The position numbers and the translations under genes are program-made. The notes under the pieces were generated by a model. It saw only the letters and a list, made by a program, of their open reading frames with translations, ran no database searches and was not told the DNA's origin. Positions 10,694 through 20,843 of a stretch of DNA of 64,000 nucleotides are shown here, piece after piece. The stretch is from positions 64,001-128,000 of the forward strand of contig JBGTLG010000006.1 of assembly GCA_041744215.1 (NCBI GenBank), given 5' to 3'. This DNA comes from Fimbriimonadales bacterium (GTDB lineage: Bacteria > Armatimonadota > Fimbriimonadia > Fimbriimonadales > ATM1). How positions within the stretch are numbered: position 1 is the first letter of the stretch; every line of letters begins with the position of its first letter.

Positions 10694-11542
10694 CTACACC
10701 GCAACGTTGTCGATTAGCCGAATTCCGCCGATATGCGCCGCAGCCAAAACCCGCGCCCCAGGCAAAAACTCGTCCAGAGGGTCCAGTGTCGCGCCGTCAA
10801 CGATCGCCACGTAATCCACTTTTGCAAACCCCGCGTCGAGCATCGCTTGCGCCGCGTCGGTTTCGCAAATCCTCGCAGGGCGTCCGTCCTTAAACGAAAC
10901 GGCAGCCTGCGAAATGGCGCGATACAACGCAGGTACCTTCAGTCGAACTTCGGGCCGCAATAGCGCGTTTCGCGACGACATCGCCACACCGTCTTCTTCG
11001 CGGAGAGTCTCGCCGAACTTCAGATAAACCGGAAAATCTAAATCGTCCACCATCTTCGCAACAACGCGGCATTGTTGCCAATCCTTCTCTCCGAAATAGG
11101 CGTAATCAGGGATGACCATGTGAAACAACTTCGCGACGACAGTCGCAACTCCGTCGAAATGCCCCGGTCTATGCTCACCCTCCCATCGCTCCGAAACGCC
11201 AGGCACATGGATGCGCGTCGCATTCAGTCCTTCCGGATAGACGACTTCCAGCGGTGGAGCGAAAACTACATCGCATCCCGCTTGCTTCGCGATCTTCTTG
11301 TCGCGCACTTCGTCGCGCGGATACTTTTCCAAATCACTCGGATCGTTGAATTGTGTCGGATTGACAAAGAGCGACATGACGACGGTTCCAGTCGGCTTGT
11401 CCGAGTCACGGTCTTTCGCCGCCATACGGATCAAGCTTGCGTGCCCCTCGTGCAAAAAGCCCATCGTCGGCACGAGAAAGACGGGCCCCTTGTTTCTAAG
11501 CACAGCCTTTGAAAGGTCGTCCGCCGTTCTGACGACATTCAT
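10694..11542 (-). CDS. panC: pantoate--beta-alanine ligase
   Basis: PTMGFLHEGH, FVNPTQF, RPGHFDGV, FGEKD, MSSRN, RLIDN. Confidence 0.97.
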   Translation of the reverse strand: MNVVRTADDLSKAVLRNKGPVFLVPTMGFLHEGHASLIRMAAKDRDSDKPTGTVVMSLFVNPTQFNDPSDLEKYPRDEVRDKKIAKQAGCDVVFAPPLEVVYPEGLNATRIHVPGVSERWEGEHRPGHFDGVATVVAKLFHMVIPDYAYFGEKDWQQCRVVAKMVDDLDFPVYLKFGETLREEDGVAMSSRNALLRPEVRLKVPALYRAISQAAVSFKDGRPARICETDAAQAMLDAGFAKVDYVAIVDGATLDPLDEFLPGARVLAAAHIGGIRLIDNVAV

Positions 11543-12328
11543 TTAGAAGCTGTTGTCCTTCGTCGGAAACGTGCCATCGCGCACTTCCTTCGCGTACTCG
11601 ACGGCGGCGAGAGTCATCGCCTCGTAGGCGTTCAAGAATCTGCGCGAATGTTTGTACGGTTCGCCCGGATGCAATCCCATAATGTCGTGAAAGACTTGCA
11701 CCTCTCCGTCGCAATCCGGTCCAGCGCCGATTCCGATCGTGGGAATGGGCACCTCTCTCGTGATTCGGTCGGCGACAACGGCGGGAACCATCTCCAAGAC
11801 AATCGAGAATGCGCCGGAGTCCGCAATTCGTTGCGCGGATTCCAAAACTTCGTCTGCCTGTTTCCCGCGACCCTGAACGCGAAATCCTCCAAAAGCGTTG
11901 ACGCTTTGCGGAGTCATGCCAACGTGCCCCATTACCGGTATGCCGGCTTTGACAAGGGCAGCGATTGCATCGAGATGCGCGCCCTCCAGCTTGACCGCTT
12001 CCGCGCCAGATTTGACGAGCGCGATTCCCGAACGCACCGCGTCTTCGACGCTGGCTTGATAAGAACCGAAAGGCATATCTGCGACCAAAAGTGCATGTTC
12101 GCACCCAGTTGATGCTGCGCGTGTGTGATGAACCATTTCCTCCAATGAAACTGGCAGCGTGTTGTCGTATCCCAAAACGACATTGCCGACAGAATCGCCT
12201 ACCAAGATGAGATCGACTCCAGCGGCGTCGGCAATTCGCGCGCTTGGCTGATCGTAAGCGGTCAGGCAAACGATCCTTTGCTTGCCCTTCATAGCGCGTA
12301 TCTTGGGCGCGGTCAACTTCTCCGACAT
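11543..12328 (-). CDS. panB: 3-methyl-2-oxobutanoate hydroxymethyltransferase
   Basis: LTAYD, LVGDS, DMPFGSY, VKLEG, TIGIGAG. Confidence 0.97.
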   Translation of the reverse strand: MSEKLTAPKIRAMKGKQRIVCLTAYDQPSARIADAAGVDLILVGDSVGNVVLGYDNTLPVSLEEMVHHTRAASTGCEHALLVADMPFGSYQASVEDAVRSGIALVKSGAEAVKLEGAHLDAIAALVKAGIPVMGHVGMTPQSVNAFGGFRVQGRGKQADEVLESAQRIADSGAFSIVLEMVPAVVADRITREVPIPTIGIGAGPDCDGEVQVFHDIMGLHPGEPYKHSRRFLNAYEAMTLAAVEYAKEVRDGTFPTKDNSF

Positions 12329-12343
12329 CAGAATCGCAGTTTA

Positions 12344-12724
12344 CTACGTGACGACGGCATCTGCCTCGATCTCGACGAGCCAGTCGTCGCGGAGCAACTT
12401 GCATACGACCATTGTCGAGGCGGGGCGAATCTCACTAAAGACCTCGCCGTGCGCTCTTGCGACGCCCTCATAAGCGGAAGGATCGGAGATGTAAACGCGC
12501 GTCCGAACGACGTCTGTCAGCTTCGCTCCGGCCGCCTGCAGCGCGCGCTCGATGATCTCGAGACATTGCTTTGCCTGGCGATACGAATCTCCGGAATAGG
12601 CAGTCGATCCATCTTCGGAAAGGGGCGCGGTACCGGAGACATAGACGCGATCATTGACGCGCACGGCTCGCGAAAACCCAACTGACTTCTCGAATGGGGA
12701 GGACCCGCTGATGTTGTCTCTCAC
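12344..12724 (-). CDS. RidA/YjgF family protein
   Basis: GFSRAVRV, VSGT, RPAST, VEIEA. Confidence 0.9.
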   Translation of the reverse strand: MRDNISGSSPFEKSVGFSRAVRVNDRVYVSGTAPLSEDGSTAYSGDSYRQAKQCLEIIERALQAAGAKLTDVVRTRVYISDPSAYEGVARAHGEVFSEIRPASTMVVCKLLRDDWLVEIEADAVVT

Positions 12725-14706
12725 TGAGATTCACCAATAAGGAAGTAATCGATTCCGAACATATGCCTTCGCTCCGCTCGTTCGTTCGCGCCCACGACCC
12801 GCGCCTCCAGCGTGTTCGTCGACTTGATCTCTACGATCCCGAAATCGATCTTGCGTAGGCCGAGCACCGGAGAAAAGAAGTCGATCGTTTCGCCCAACTT
12901 CTCTCCATTCCAGAATAGTTGAACGATTCCGTAGTCCGCGGCTTCCGTGAAGTTGCCAATCAAGCGCAACGCTCCGGACTTCTCGCTCAAGACTTCCCAC
13001 ATTGCGCTATCGCCTGGTGAAGCGTCACGCCACCACACCTGTTCTTCGCAAGACCATTTATCATCGAGCGCTTGCCGTTGAATGGTTCCTCCTGAATGAT
13101 CGATTAGGCGCAAGCTTTCGCCTTCGATCGCACCTTTCACGCCATAGCTCGGCAGCTGGTGAATCGCCAAGTCCTTTTCCCCAATTGCTTCGAAACGATC
13201 AGTCGATCCTGGCCTCGCGTACCAATAAGCAACAGAAGCAAAATCTGCGGTCACGTCCGCCCAGTGCCAAATCTCCATGTCAAATCGCAGTGAAGATCGA
13301 AACGGTATGTCGTCAATGATGTGGAAGCGATTGTTCGATGTGTACCCGCGATTCGCGGGTCCGTCTGCTCGCGGTTGAGCGTGAAACGGCTGCGAAAACG
13401 TTTCATTCGATCCCCATGCATAGCCGAAGTAGTCTTCCGTACCCGTTCCGAATGTCGACGGAAACGACTCGCCGTCGACATAGATCTTCTCATCGCCTTC
13501 GCCCCACCAGATTCTTGTCGGGTTCACAACGTAGAGGGCGCATCCAACGAACCGGCCTTCACCAGCCACAGACAAAATGCTCCAGTCCTTCATAGGACGG
13601 GTGCGCATCGTCTCTCTGCGCCACTTTGCATGGAAGTGCAAGGACGTGTCAGTCCAAGGTTCCGACATCCATCGCAGGTTGATCTCGATCCGGACACTGT
13701 GCTCGGCATGATTGGTGAAAGTAAATTGTCCAGATTCGCGTTGCGGCATTCTCCAATAAGACCGCATCTCTTCAAGTTCTGTATCCATTCCGAGCGGCAG
13801 CGTCTTGTAGCCCGACAACCCTGGCGCGCTGCCAAAGTAGTCTCCCACGGGACACGAGATGGTCTTCCTTTCGTCAAAGGTCGCTTCAAACAGCACCATG
13901 CGCAACGTTTCCTCGTCGCTGCGTGCAGGCCCTCGCACCTTCATGCGCAACTCGACGACCGAACCATTTCCTTCGGGCAGCTTGTAATCAAAGCGCTCGC
14001 CTGGCTCTATGAAAAACGTCGCCCCAAAAGTCTGCGACAGCCGGTCGACCTGCTCTTCGGGATCAAACAGCATTCTGCGAAGGCGTTCAAGCGGCAAACT
14101 CAGAAAGTCTTGAGCTGAAAACGTCCGTACTTCTGTTCCCGGTTCGTAGGTTCGGAAGTTGATGTGGTAGTAGAGCCTGTCGGGATTTCCACCGCTTGAA
14201 TCGTCAACCGTGATTTTCAAGCTCCTTGAGTAGGGAAACGGAAAGTAGAGGTTTGCACCAGACGCCGCGACATAGCTGAGCTCTTGGGGCAGCAAAGAAG
14301 ACTCCCCGGTTACAAGTTCGTTGAGCGCGACAGCTACTCTCGCTTCTGCCTCGCCATCGAAATAGAATCGAATTACTCCTTGCGGGTTTGCGCTCCAGAT
14401 CCGAACCACCGCGCCCGGCCCTGTGAGGTCGGCCATGACCCACTCGCTGCGCCCGTCCGTTACTTCCTTTCGAATGTACTGGCCGAAGTCGCTGTTTGCG
14501 AACCAGTTTTCTCCCGGTGACTTTGAAGCCCGGTCGAAGCTGCTTGCCTGACTGGCCGTGTATCTCGGGCCACCTATGGTTGAGAGCCTGCGCAGATCAT
14601 ACAGCTCCCCGAGTAGCGACTCAGTCGTGATGGGCGCAGCGACAGCAGGCAGAGCAGCTCCAAGCGAAATGAGTATCGAGATAGGTTCTTTCAAGAGATT
14701 TTTCAT
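12721..14706 (-). CDS. secreted DUF2961 / GH172-like glycoside hydrolase
   Basis: GPGAVVRIW, WWGEGDEKIYVDGE, GTGTEDYF, SVAYWY; start MKNLL with signal peptide. Confidence 0.85.
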   Translation of the reverse strand: MKNLLKEPISILISLGAALPAVAAPITTESLLGELYDLRRLSTIGGPRYTASQASSFDRASKSPGENWFANSDFGQYIRKEVTDGRSEWVMADLTGPGAVVRIWSANPQGVIRFYFDGEAEARVAVALNELVTGESSLLPQELSYVAASGANLYFPFPYSRSLKITVDDSSGGNPDRLYYHINFRTYEPGTEVRTFSAQDFLSLPLERLRRMLFDPEEQVDRLSQTFGATFFIEPGERFDYKLPEGNGSVVELRMKVRGPARSDEETLRMVLFEATFDERKTISCPVGDYFGSAPGLSGYKTLPLGMDTELEEMRSYWRMPQRESGQFTFTNHAEHSVRIEINLRWMSEPWTDTSLHFHAKWRRETMRTRPMKDWSILSVAGEGRFVGCALYVVNPTRIWWGEGDEKIYVDGESFPSTFGTGTEDYFGYAWGSNETFSQPFHAQPRADGPANRGYTSNNRFHIIDDIPFRSSLRFDMEIWHWADVTADFASVAYWYARPGSTDRFEAIGEKDLAIHQLPSYGVKGAIEGESLRLIDHSGGTIQRQALDDKWSCEEQVWWRDASPGDSAMWEVLSEKSGALRLIGNFTEAADYGIVQLFWNGEKLGETIDFFSPVLGLRKIDFGIVEIKSTNTLEARVVGANERAERRHMFGIDYFLIGESQ

Positions 14707-14715
14707 GACAGGCGA

Positions 14716-14743
14716 TTGATCCGGATTAGGTATCCAGTATAAT
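14716..14743 (+). promoter_or_regulatory. sigma70-type promoter for the riboswitch transcript
   Basis: TTGATC-N16-TATAAT immediately before the aptamer. Confidence 0.7.
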
Positions 14744-14749
14744 GGTTGT

Positions 14750-14860
14750 CTAGCCGAATCAGGCCGCTCGGCCTGGGCGGGGGACCCACAAAATGGGGTG
14801 AATCCGGAAACGGAAGGGTAGCTCTTGGCCCTAACCCGACAGCTAACCCCGTAGGCGAAT
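14750..14860 (+). ncRNA. c-di-AMP (ydaO/yuaA) riboswitch
   Basis: Conserved blocks in order: GCCGAAUC, GGGGGACCCA, UGGGGUGAAUC, AGGG, ACCCGACAGCUAACCCCGUAGGC. Confidence 0.9.
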
Positions 14861-14981
14861 CGAGAGTGTCGATACAAGCACAACGCCGTGCTGTTGAAGG
14901 CGCTCCATGACAGAGGCTGGTAGAAATACGTGGCCTATACTGGACTAAACAGTCCAAAACTAGTAACGTGGAGGTCTGACA

Positions 14982-15299
14982 ATGCTGACTGAATTCGACG
15001 TTAGGCGAGAAATGAGTGCCATTGAGCGCGCAGCGATGCATCCGCTTCGCAAGGCGCGTCGTTTGGTGAACATTGCGCGCCAGGCACGCCGAGAAGCGCG
15101 GATGCTCAGGCAAGGCGCGGAAATCCTTGCGCAAGACTGCAAGGACGAAGAGGCCGGCCGTGTCCGTCGCGCCGTTCAGAAGCTCTTGGACCTCAATCGC
15201 GAGGTCATGGACCGAGCGAGAAGGATCCTGTCCGGAACCGACGATAGGTCTTCCGGACCAGACGCGGCAGGGCCACCCAAATCTCAGTCATCAAGCTGA
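14982..15299 (+). CDS. small basic helical hypothetical protein downstream of the riboswitch
   Basis: GGAGG RBS, 105-aa Arg-rich helical ORF. Confidence 0.75.
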   Translation: MLTEFDVRREMSAIERAAMHPLRKARRLVNIARQARREARMLRQGAEILAQDCKDEEAGRVRRAVQKLLDLNREVMDRARRILSGTDDRSSGPDAAGPPKSQSSS

Positions 15300-15371
15300 G
15301 GGGCGTGGCTCACTTCTCGGCGGCTCCACGCAATGGAGCACGGGGCCGCCGGCACCTCTTGGGCAGATAGA

Positions 15372-15410
15372 AAAAGGCTCTTTGCCAATGGCAAAGAGCC
15401 TTTTCGTTTC
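15372..15410. terminator. bidirectional intrinsic terminator
   Basis: Perfect palindrome AAAAGGCTCTTTGCCA-A-TGGCAAAGAGCCTTTT between convergent genes. Confidence 0.85.
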
Positions 15411-15431
15411 GAGATTGGATGTGCCGCTGGC

Positions 15432-16118
15432 TTAGCCGATGCCGCCGCCTCGCCCTTGCTGCGGGAACGTGAATGGCTTGCCAAGCATGGCTTCCCATGT
15501 GGCTTTCTGGTCGGCGTTCAGCACGCCAAGGACCTTCTTGTCGGTCTCGGCTCGCATGGCTTGCATCTGTTGTTGCATCGCAGCGCGATCGCCGCCACCG
15601 CCGCCACCCTGCATCATTCCGCGCATCGCTTCTTGCTGAGCTTGCTGGATCTGGCGGATCTGCTGGATTTGAGCCTCGCTGAGGCCAACTTTTTCAGCGA
15701 TCTCAGGTCGGGCTAAGGCAGACGGGCCTTGCTGCTGCAGGACCAACTGCTGATACCTGGTGTATTGCTCTTCGTTGAGAACCCTTTTGATTTCAGCTTC
15801 AAGCTTTTCGCGCTGGGCCCGCGCAGCTTCAGGGTCGAAGGCCTGTCCGCCGCCTGCACCGCCGCGTCCGCCCATCTGAGACCGGTTCGCTTCAAGGAGC
15901 GCCTGGATCTGAATCTTCTGGGAGTCGATGAGCTTGAGTTCAGTTTGAACTGCAGGCAGTGAGAGCATTTGAGGGCCGCCCATTCCGCCACCCATTCGCT
16001 GGCCGAAACCGCCTTGGCCACCGCCACCCTGCCGCTGACCGCCCTGCCCACCTTGGGCGAACGCGATCGAGAAGCAGGCAACAGCAACAACGATCGTCGA
16101 TAGAATTCGAGTGTTCAC
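15432..16118 (-). CDS. secreted Gly/Gln-rich Spy/CpxP-like (LTXXQ-type) protein
   Basis: Signal peptide; duplicated L.L...Q..QI and LN..Q units. Confidence 0.7.
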   Translation of the reverse strand: MNTRILSTIVVAVACFSIAFAQGGQGGQRQGGGGQGGFGQRMGGGMGGPQMLSLPAVQTELKLIDSQKIQIQALLEANRSQMGGRGGAGGGQAFDPEAARAQREKLEAEIKRVLNEEQYTRYQQLVLQQQGPSALARPEIAEKVGLSEAQIQQIRQIQQAQQEAMRGMMQGGGGGGDRAAMQQQMQAMRAETDKKVLGVLNADQKATWEAMLGKPFTFPQQGRGGGIG

Positions 16119-16157
16119 TATGTTTACCTCCGGTGCCTAACGGCACTTGTGGAAGGA

Positions 16158-16184
16158 ATACGTGGCCAAGATTCGAAAGTTCAC
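16158..16184 (-). promoter_or_regulatory. ECF-type promoter GTGAACTT-N14-CGTAT
   Basis: Same boxes and spacing as upstream of the ECF sigma gene (62634-62660). Confidence 0.65.
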
Positions 16185-16229
16185 CCACCATGATCGAAAA
16201 TGTTGGAGTCTCCAGTCGTCAAACACTGA

Positions 16230-18125
16230 GTGGAGATCATCGACTACCCGATCCCAACCGTGGCGACTCAGGACGCGTTTTGCCATCCTAAACTAAACTC
16301 TCCGCTCAGGGCGGTAGACCGGCTTCGGGCGTCCGGTGATCGACTCGTCGCGGGAGGTCGCGACGTCCCGCTCTTTGGGGTGAATCTCGGGGTGATCTTA
16401 ACCGACGAGGGAGCGTTCGAGTTCTTGGCTGGTATGGGGGTCAACTTCGTCCGAATCACGGCCCCGTACCGCGAGTGGACGCAGGAGGGAAATGTCCGGG
16501 TGTTCGATCGCACTCCGCTCGACCCGCCCCAAAGCGACCTGGAAGCACTGAACAAAATGCAGTCCCTCTGCGAGAAGCACGGCATCTACATGATGATCAC
16601 CGACTTCAATCGTGGAATCGGCCGAGATCGGGTGACCGATGTGGATTCTCGGGCGTTCCAAGGCTTCGCTGCGGACTCTTCTCCCCTCGGCTTATGGCAT
16701 CCAGAAGTTCGCGCAGCCGTCATCGAGCGTATCCGGCGGCTACTACGAACGACGAATCCGCACACGAGCCGTGCTTTCGGAGCATCGCCGTCGCTCTTCG
16801 CGATTCAGCCGGTAAACGAGGTGATGTGGTTTGTGAGTGATCTCGAGGTAGCCAACTCCCGCCTGTGGACCCGACTCGCATCTGCTCGCCCTGCGATCGT
16901 TGGCGCGCTCGGCGGACCCAATGCACTGCGCGCCTCTGCCCCGGCCGAGCGCTTCCGCACTCTCGCCCGCGCGACGAACGACGCCTACTCTTCCGTGAAG
17001 AGCGCGATTGTTTCCGAGTTAGGCGACAGCCGCCCACTTCTCGTTGCGGACATGGGCCCCTATGCTGGCGGAGCAGCGTTCGCCGCGTTCGCGTCATGCG
17101 ACGCTTACGGCCTGAACATCTATCCGGAAATCGGCGACCATGCGGACGTAAACGGCCCTATCAAGGCCGGCGATTTGCGGCCGGAGCAGAACCTCGATCG
17201 AATGCAGGCACGCCTGGGGGGAAAGCCAACCATCATCACCGAGGCTGGCGAGAAACTGTCTCCGGGAGGCAATGCTCGGCTCATCGCCGAGATCACCGTA
17301 AGGGCAGGAGTCGGTGGGTTTGCAGGAATTGCATTTCACCAAATGTATCGAGGCATTTATGGCGAGCACTCGGGAAAGCGCGAGCACCTCTCCTCACGCG
17401 CGCCGCTGACAAACTTCGAGCTGCACACCGATCCGGCAGCCCTCTGCGCTCTCCAGGCCTGCTCGATCATCCACCGCAAGAGGCTGATTCGAGGAGGAGA
17501 AAAGCGAGTTCGCATCGAGCGGACAGCCGACGAGTGGACAACTCAAACAGCGACGTTCGGATGGCAGCCCCACGATCTTCACCGACTTGCCGCAAAACTG
17601 TTCCCGAACGCTACTCGCGAACTGGGCGCCCCGGAAACAGCGATTGTCTTTGTGCCAGGTCCCGGAGCAACGGCTGAAATCGAGAGAAACAGGGACGCCG
17701 GGACGATCCAGCGTGGACACGTCCGGGTTGGTTTCGTGGAGATTGATTGGCACACCGACGCCCAACCGGAAAGGGACTGGCTTTTTATCAGGGTGCCGAT
17801 CTCGCCCAACCGTCGGCTCGTGGTGCTGGTTGGAAGGGCAAAGCCTGATCCCGCACAGCAGCGATTCAGTGGAGGGCGCGCGACTTTGTCGGGTCTTGTT
17901 CGCTACCCTTGGCCGGACCCGCGAACGGGGTACGGAGCGCGCCAACTCGTACGGCGGCCGGAGGGCCCCCAGATCTTCGTGGGGGGTCCAGTGTCCGTCG
18001 TCCAGCCTAACGGCCGCCGGGGAACCCGCGCATCGTTCGCTCAGTCTCCGGGTCATCTCCCAAAGAACGGCGTTCGCTTCATCGAGGAGTTGCCAGAGGC
18101 TCTCGTCCTACGGATCATGCAGTAA
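16230..18125 (+). CDS. clan GH-A (GH5-like) glycoside hydrolase, start uncertain
   Basis: FGVN, GVNFVRI, GIY, PVNEV (acid/base), IITEAG (nucleophile). Confidence 0.6.
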   Translation: MEIIDYPIPTVATQDAFCHPKLNSPLRAVDRLRASGDRLVAGGRDVPLFGVNLGVILTDEGAFEFLAGMGVNFVRITAPYREWTQEGNVRVFDRTPLDPPQSDLEALNKMQSLCEKHGIYMMITDFNRGIGRDRVTDVDSRAFQGFAADSSPLGLWHPEVRAAVIERIRRLLRTTNPHTSRAFGASPSLFAIQPVNEVMWFVSDLEVANSRLWTRLASARPAIVGALGGPNALRASAPAERFRTLARATNDAYSSVKSAIVSELGDSRPLLVADMGPYAGGAAFAAFASCDAYGLNIYPEIGDHADVNGPIKAGDLRPEQNLDRMQARLGGKPTIITEAGEKLSPGGNARLIAEITVRAGVGGFAGIAFHQMYRGIYGEHSGKREHLSSRAPLTNFELHTDPAALCALQACSIIHRKRLIRGGEKRVRIERTADEWTTQTATFGWQPHDLHRLAAKLFPNATRELGAPETAIVFVPGPGATAEIERNRDAGTIQRGHVRVGFVEIDWHTDAQPERDWLFIRVPISPNRRLVVLVGRAKPDPAQQRFSGGRATLSGLVRYPWPDPRTGYGARQLVRRPEGPQIFVGGPVSVVQPNGRRGTRASFAQSPGHLPKNGVRFIEELPEALVLRIMQ

Positions 18126-18136
18126 TCCGCAGGAAG

Positions 18137-18162
18137 GGAACTGCACTGTGCAACAATCGGTT
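18137..18162 (+). promoter_or_regulatory. ECF promoter GGAAC-N18-GTT, leaderless msrA
   Basis: Motif ends 7 nt before the start codon; recurs at msrB and the sRNA candidates. Confidence 0.7.
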
Positions 18163-18169
18163 TCCAAAC

Positions 18170-18655
18170 GTGATGGCACAAGCGAATTCTGAAACGGCGA
18201 TCTTTGCTGCTGGCTGCTTCTGGGGAGTGGAACACCGGTTCAGGGAGACCGATGGCGTCCTCGACGCAATCAGCGGGTACATCGGAGGCAGCACGCTCAA
18301 CCCAACGTACAAGGAAGTTTGCTACGAAAACACGGGGCACGCGGAGGCGGTCCGCGTCACCTTCGATCCAACGCGCGTGACGTTCGATCAGCTTCTTGAC
18401 GTCTTCTTCTCGATTCACGACCCGACGACACTCAATCGACAGGGCCCGGACGTCGGCCACCAGTATCGATCCGCGGTCTTCTTTCTTTCGCAGGAACAGG
18501 CTACCAAAGCAAAAGAGGCCATCGACCGCTGGCGAGCGAACTTTTCGAAACCGATCGTCACTGAAGTAACCTCCGCGTCGGAGTTTTGGCCAGCAGAGGA
18601 GTATCACCAGCGATACTTCGAGAAAAACGGCATCTCCGGATGCGGTCTCAAGTAA
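18170..18655 (+). CDS. msrA: peptide-methionine (S)-S-oxide reductase
   Basis: GCFWG, GHAEAV, HDPT, QYRS, AEEYHQRY. Confidence 0.97.
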   Translation: MMAQANSETAIFAAGCFWGVEHRFRETDGVLDAISGYIGGSTLNPTYKEVCYENTGHAEAVRVTFDPTRVTFDQLLDVFFSIHDPTTLNRQGPDVGHQYRSAVFFLSQEQATKAKEAIDRWRANFSKPIVTEVTSASEFWPAEEYHQRYFEKNGISGCGLK

Positions 18656-18678
18656 TCTTCACCAGTTAGGCACTCGTT

Positions 18679-19461
18679 ATGTACCCAGAACTTTTTCGCA
18701 TCTTTGGCTACCCAGTCACAACTTGGGGCTTGATGTTGCTCTTGGGCTTCGTCGCCGCGTACATCATGGTTCGAGCGCGTGCCGAGAAGTTCGGGATCCC
18801 GCGAGACAAGGTGATCGACCTGGTTCTCTACTCGATGCTCGCAGGCATCGTCGGCAGTCGCGTCGTGTTTGTCCTCCTTGAGTGGAATCACTACTCGCAA
18901 AACCTCAATCAAATCTGGGATGTGACGCAAGGAGGAATGACGTCCTTCGGTGGATACATCTTTGGCTTTATCGTATTAGTGATTTGGTCGCGAGTGAATA
19001 GGGTATCGCTTCTGCGCACCCTTGATCTCTCCATCGCTCCCTCTTTTCTGCTGATCGCTATCGGTCGCGTAGGCTGCTTCTTTAACGGGTGCTGTTTTGG
19101 CGCCCCAACGAATCTGCCGTGGGCGGTTAGCTTTCCGGATGCGGTCGGTCGTGTACACCCAGCACAGCTTTACGATTCAATGCTTGCGCTGTTCACGATG
19201 GCAGTCTTGCTCCTCGTTGAGCGCAGCTCCTTCGCAAAAACACCCGAAGGTCCTGCTCGCGGAAAGCTGTTTGCACTCGGCCTGATTCTGTTGGGCGTTA
19301 CGCGATACATCTATGAACTGTTTCGCGCAGGATCAAGCTCAGAGGTTGTTTGGAAAGCCGCGAACATGACGCTCGCGCAAATGACGTCGATTGCCATCGT
19401 TGTCTTGGGCGTCACACTTCTATTGCTGGTGCCCTCTCGTCGACCCGAGGCGAAGGAGTGA
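18679..19461 (+). CDS. lgt: prolipoprotein diacylglyceryl transferase
   Basis: GGMTSFGG, IGRVGCFFNGCCFG, HPAQLY, multi-TM. Confidence 0.93.
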   Translation: MYPELFRIFGYPVTTWGLMLLLGFVAAYIMVRARAEKFGIPRDKVIDLVLYSMLAGIVGSRVVFVLLEWNHYSQNLNQIWDVTQGGMTSFGGYIFGFIVLVIWSRVNRVSLLRTLDLSIAPSFLLIAIGRVGCFFNGCCFGAPTNLPWAVSFPDAVGRVHPAQLYDSMLALFTMAVLLLVERSSFAKTPEGPARGKLFALGLILLGVTRYIYELFRAGSSSEVVWKAANMTLAQMTSIAIVVLGVTLLLLVPSRRPEAKE

Positions 19462-20843
19462 CCGTCACCCTTCAGTTTCTTGGTGCGGCAGGGAGCGTAA
19501 CGGGCTCGAAGTTTCTGCTCTCAGTCGGTCGCCGAAAGTTCATGATCGACTGCGGGCTGTTTCAAGGACAAGATGAACTTAGGGAGCGCAATTGGCAGCC
19601 GTTGCCGGTTGAGCCGCGCGAGATTGAGAAGGTCATCCTCACGCATGCGCACATTGATCACATCGGCTACCTTCCGAAGCTGCACAAGGATGGCTTTTCC
19701 GGGCCTGCACTTTGCACACCAGGGACTGCAGAGATTACGCGGCTTAGCCTGCCAGACAGCGGCAGACTTCAAGAAGAATTTGCAGACTACGTCAATCGCA
19801 AGCAACTGACAAAACATAAACCTGCGTTGCCACTCTATGACGAGCGCGACGCGGTCGCCGCGGGCAAACTGCTTGAAGCACACGGCTACGACAAAGAGAT
19901 CTCCTTGGGCGGTGGCTGTGTCATTCGCTTCCGGCGGGCGGGACATATTCTTGGATCCGCTTTCGTCGAGTTCTTTCTGCCTGACGGACGACTCATTGTG
20001 TTCAGTGGCGATCTCGGTCGTCCCAACCAACCGATTATTCGAGATCCGGAACTACTCACTCACGCCGACTATCTGCTGATCGAAAGCACATACGGTGACC
20101 GAGTTCACCCAACGGATCCTGCGGAGCACGCGATTTCAAAACTGGTGAAGCATGTCTGCGAGACCGGTGGAATGCTCGTTATTCCCGCGTTCGCAATCGG
20201 TCGAACTCAAGACGTTCTGTATTATCTGCGCGACTTGGAAGAGCACGGTCATTGCGAATCAATACCCGTCTGGGTTGATAGCCCGATGGCAATTGACGCA
20301 ACGTCGATTTATGTGCGCAACCAAGACGATCACGATCTCGATATGGAAGCGCTGGTCGACGAAGGCCGCAATCCGCTGAGGGCGAAGAATGTCACCTTCG
20401 TCAGAGGTCGCGATCAATCGAAAGCGCTAAACAAGCGACACGGCCCGGGGATCATAATCTCGGCGAGCGGGATGGCCTCGGGAGGACGCATAACGCATCA
20501 CCTGCTGAATCGCTTGCCCGATGAAAGAAACGTTGTCCTATTCGTCGGCTTTCAGGCTGAAGGCACATTGGGGCGCAAGTTGGTCGATCGCGAGTTGCCG
20601 GTCAAGATACTTGGTCAAACTGTTGACGTCAAAGCGCGCGTCGAAATGCTCGCATCCCTCTCAGCACACGCCGACTCAAACGAAATCATGTCATGGCTTA
20701 CCGCATTCGAGTCCCCACCAAAGAAAACGTTTATCGTTCACGGCGAGCCGCCTGCAGCCGAAGCGCTTAAAGACCGCATCGATTCGGAGCTGACCTGGCA
20801 CACGGTCATCCCGCGCTACGGCGAAGAGTTTGTGCTCGATTAG
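19458..20843 (+). CDS. MBL-fold beta-CASP ribonuclease
   Basis: GAAGSVTGS, THAHIDH, AGHILGS, ESTYG, AIGRTQ, SAHAD; GTG start overlaps the lgt stop. Confidence 0.92.
   Translation: MTVTLQFLGAAGSVTGSKFLLSVGRRKFMIDCGLFQGQDELRERNWQPLPVEPREIEKVILTHAHIDHIGYLPKLHKDGFSGPALCTPGTAEITRLSLPDSGRLQEEFADYVNRKQLTKHKPALPLYDERDAVAAGKLLEAHGYDKEISLGGGCVIRFRRAGHILGSAFVEFFLPDGRLIVFSGDLGRPNQPIIRDPELLTHADYLLIESTYGDRVHPTDPAEHAISKLVKHVCETGGMLVIPAFAIGRTQDVLYYLRDLEEHGHCESIPVWVDSPMAIDATSIYVRNQDDHDLDMEALVDEGRNPLRAKNVTFVRGRDQSKALNKRHGPGIIISASGMASGGRITHHLLNRLPDERNVVLFVGFQAEGTLGRKLVDRELPVKILGQTVDVKARVEMLASLSAHADSNEIMSWLTAFESPPKKTFIVHGEPPAAEALKDRIDSELTWHTVIPRYGEEFVLD

Noticed and set aside
14707-14883. N-terminal extension of the DUF2961 ORF
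   Set aside because: It overlaps the riboswitch and promoter on the other strand; the signal peptide starts at 14706.
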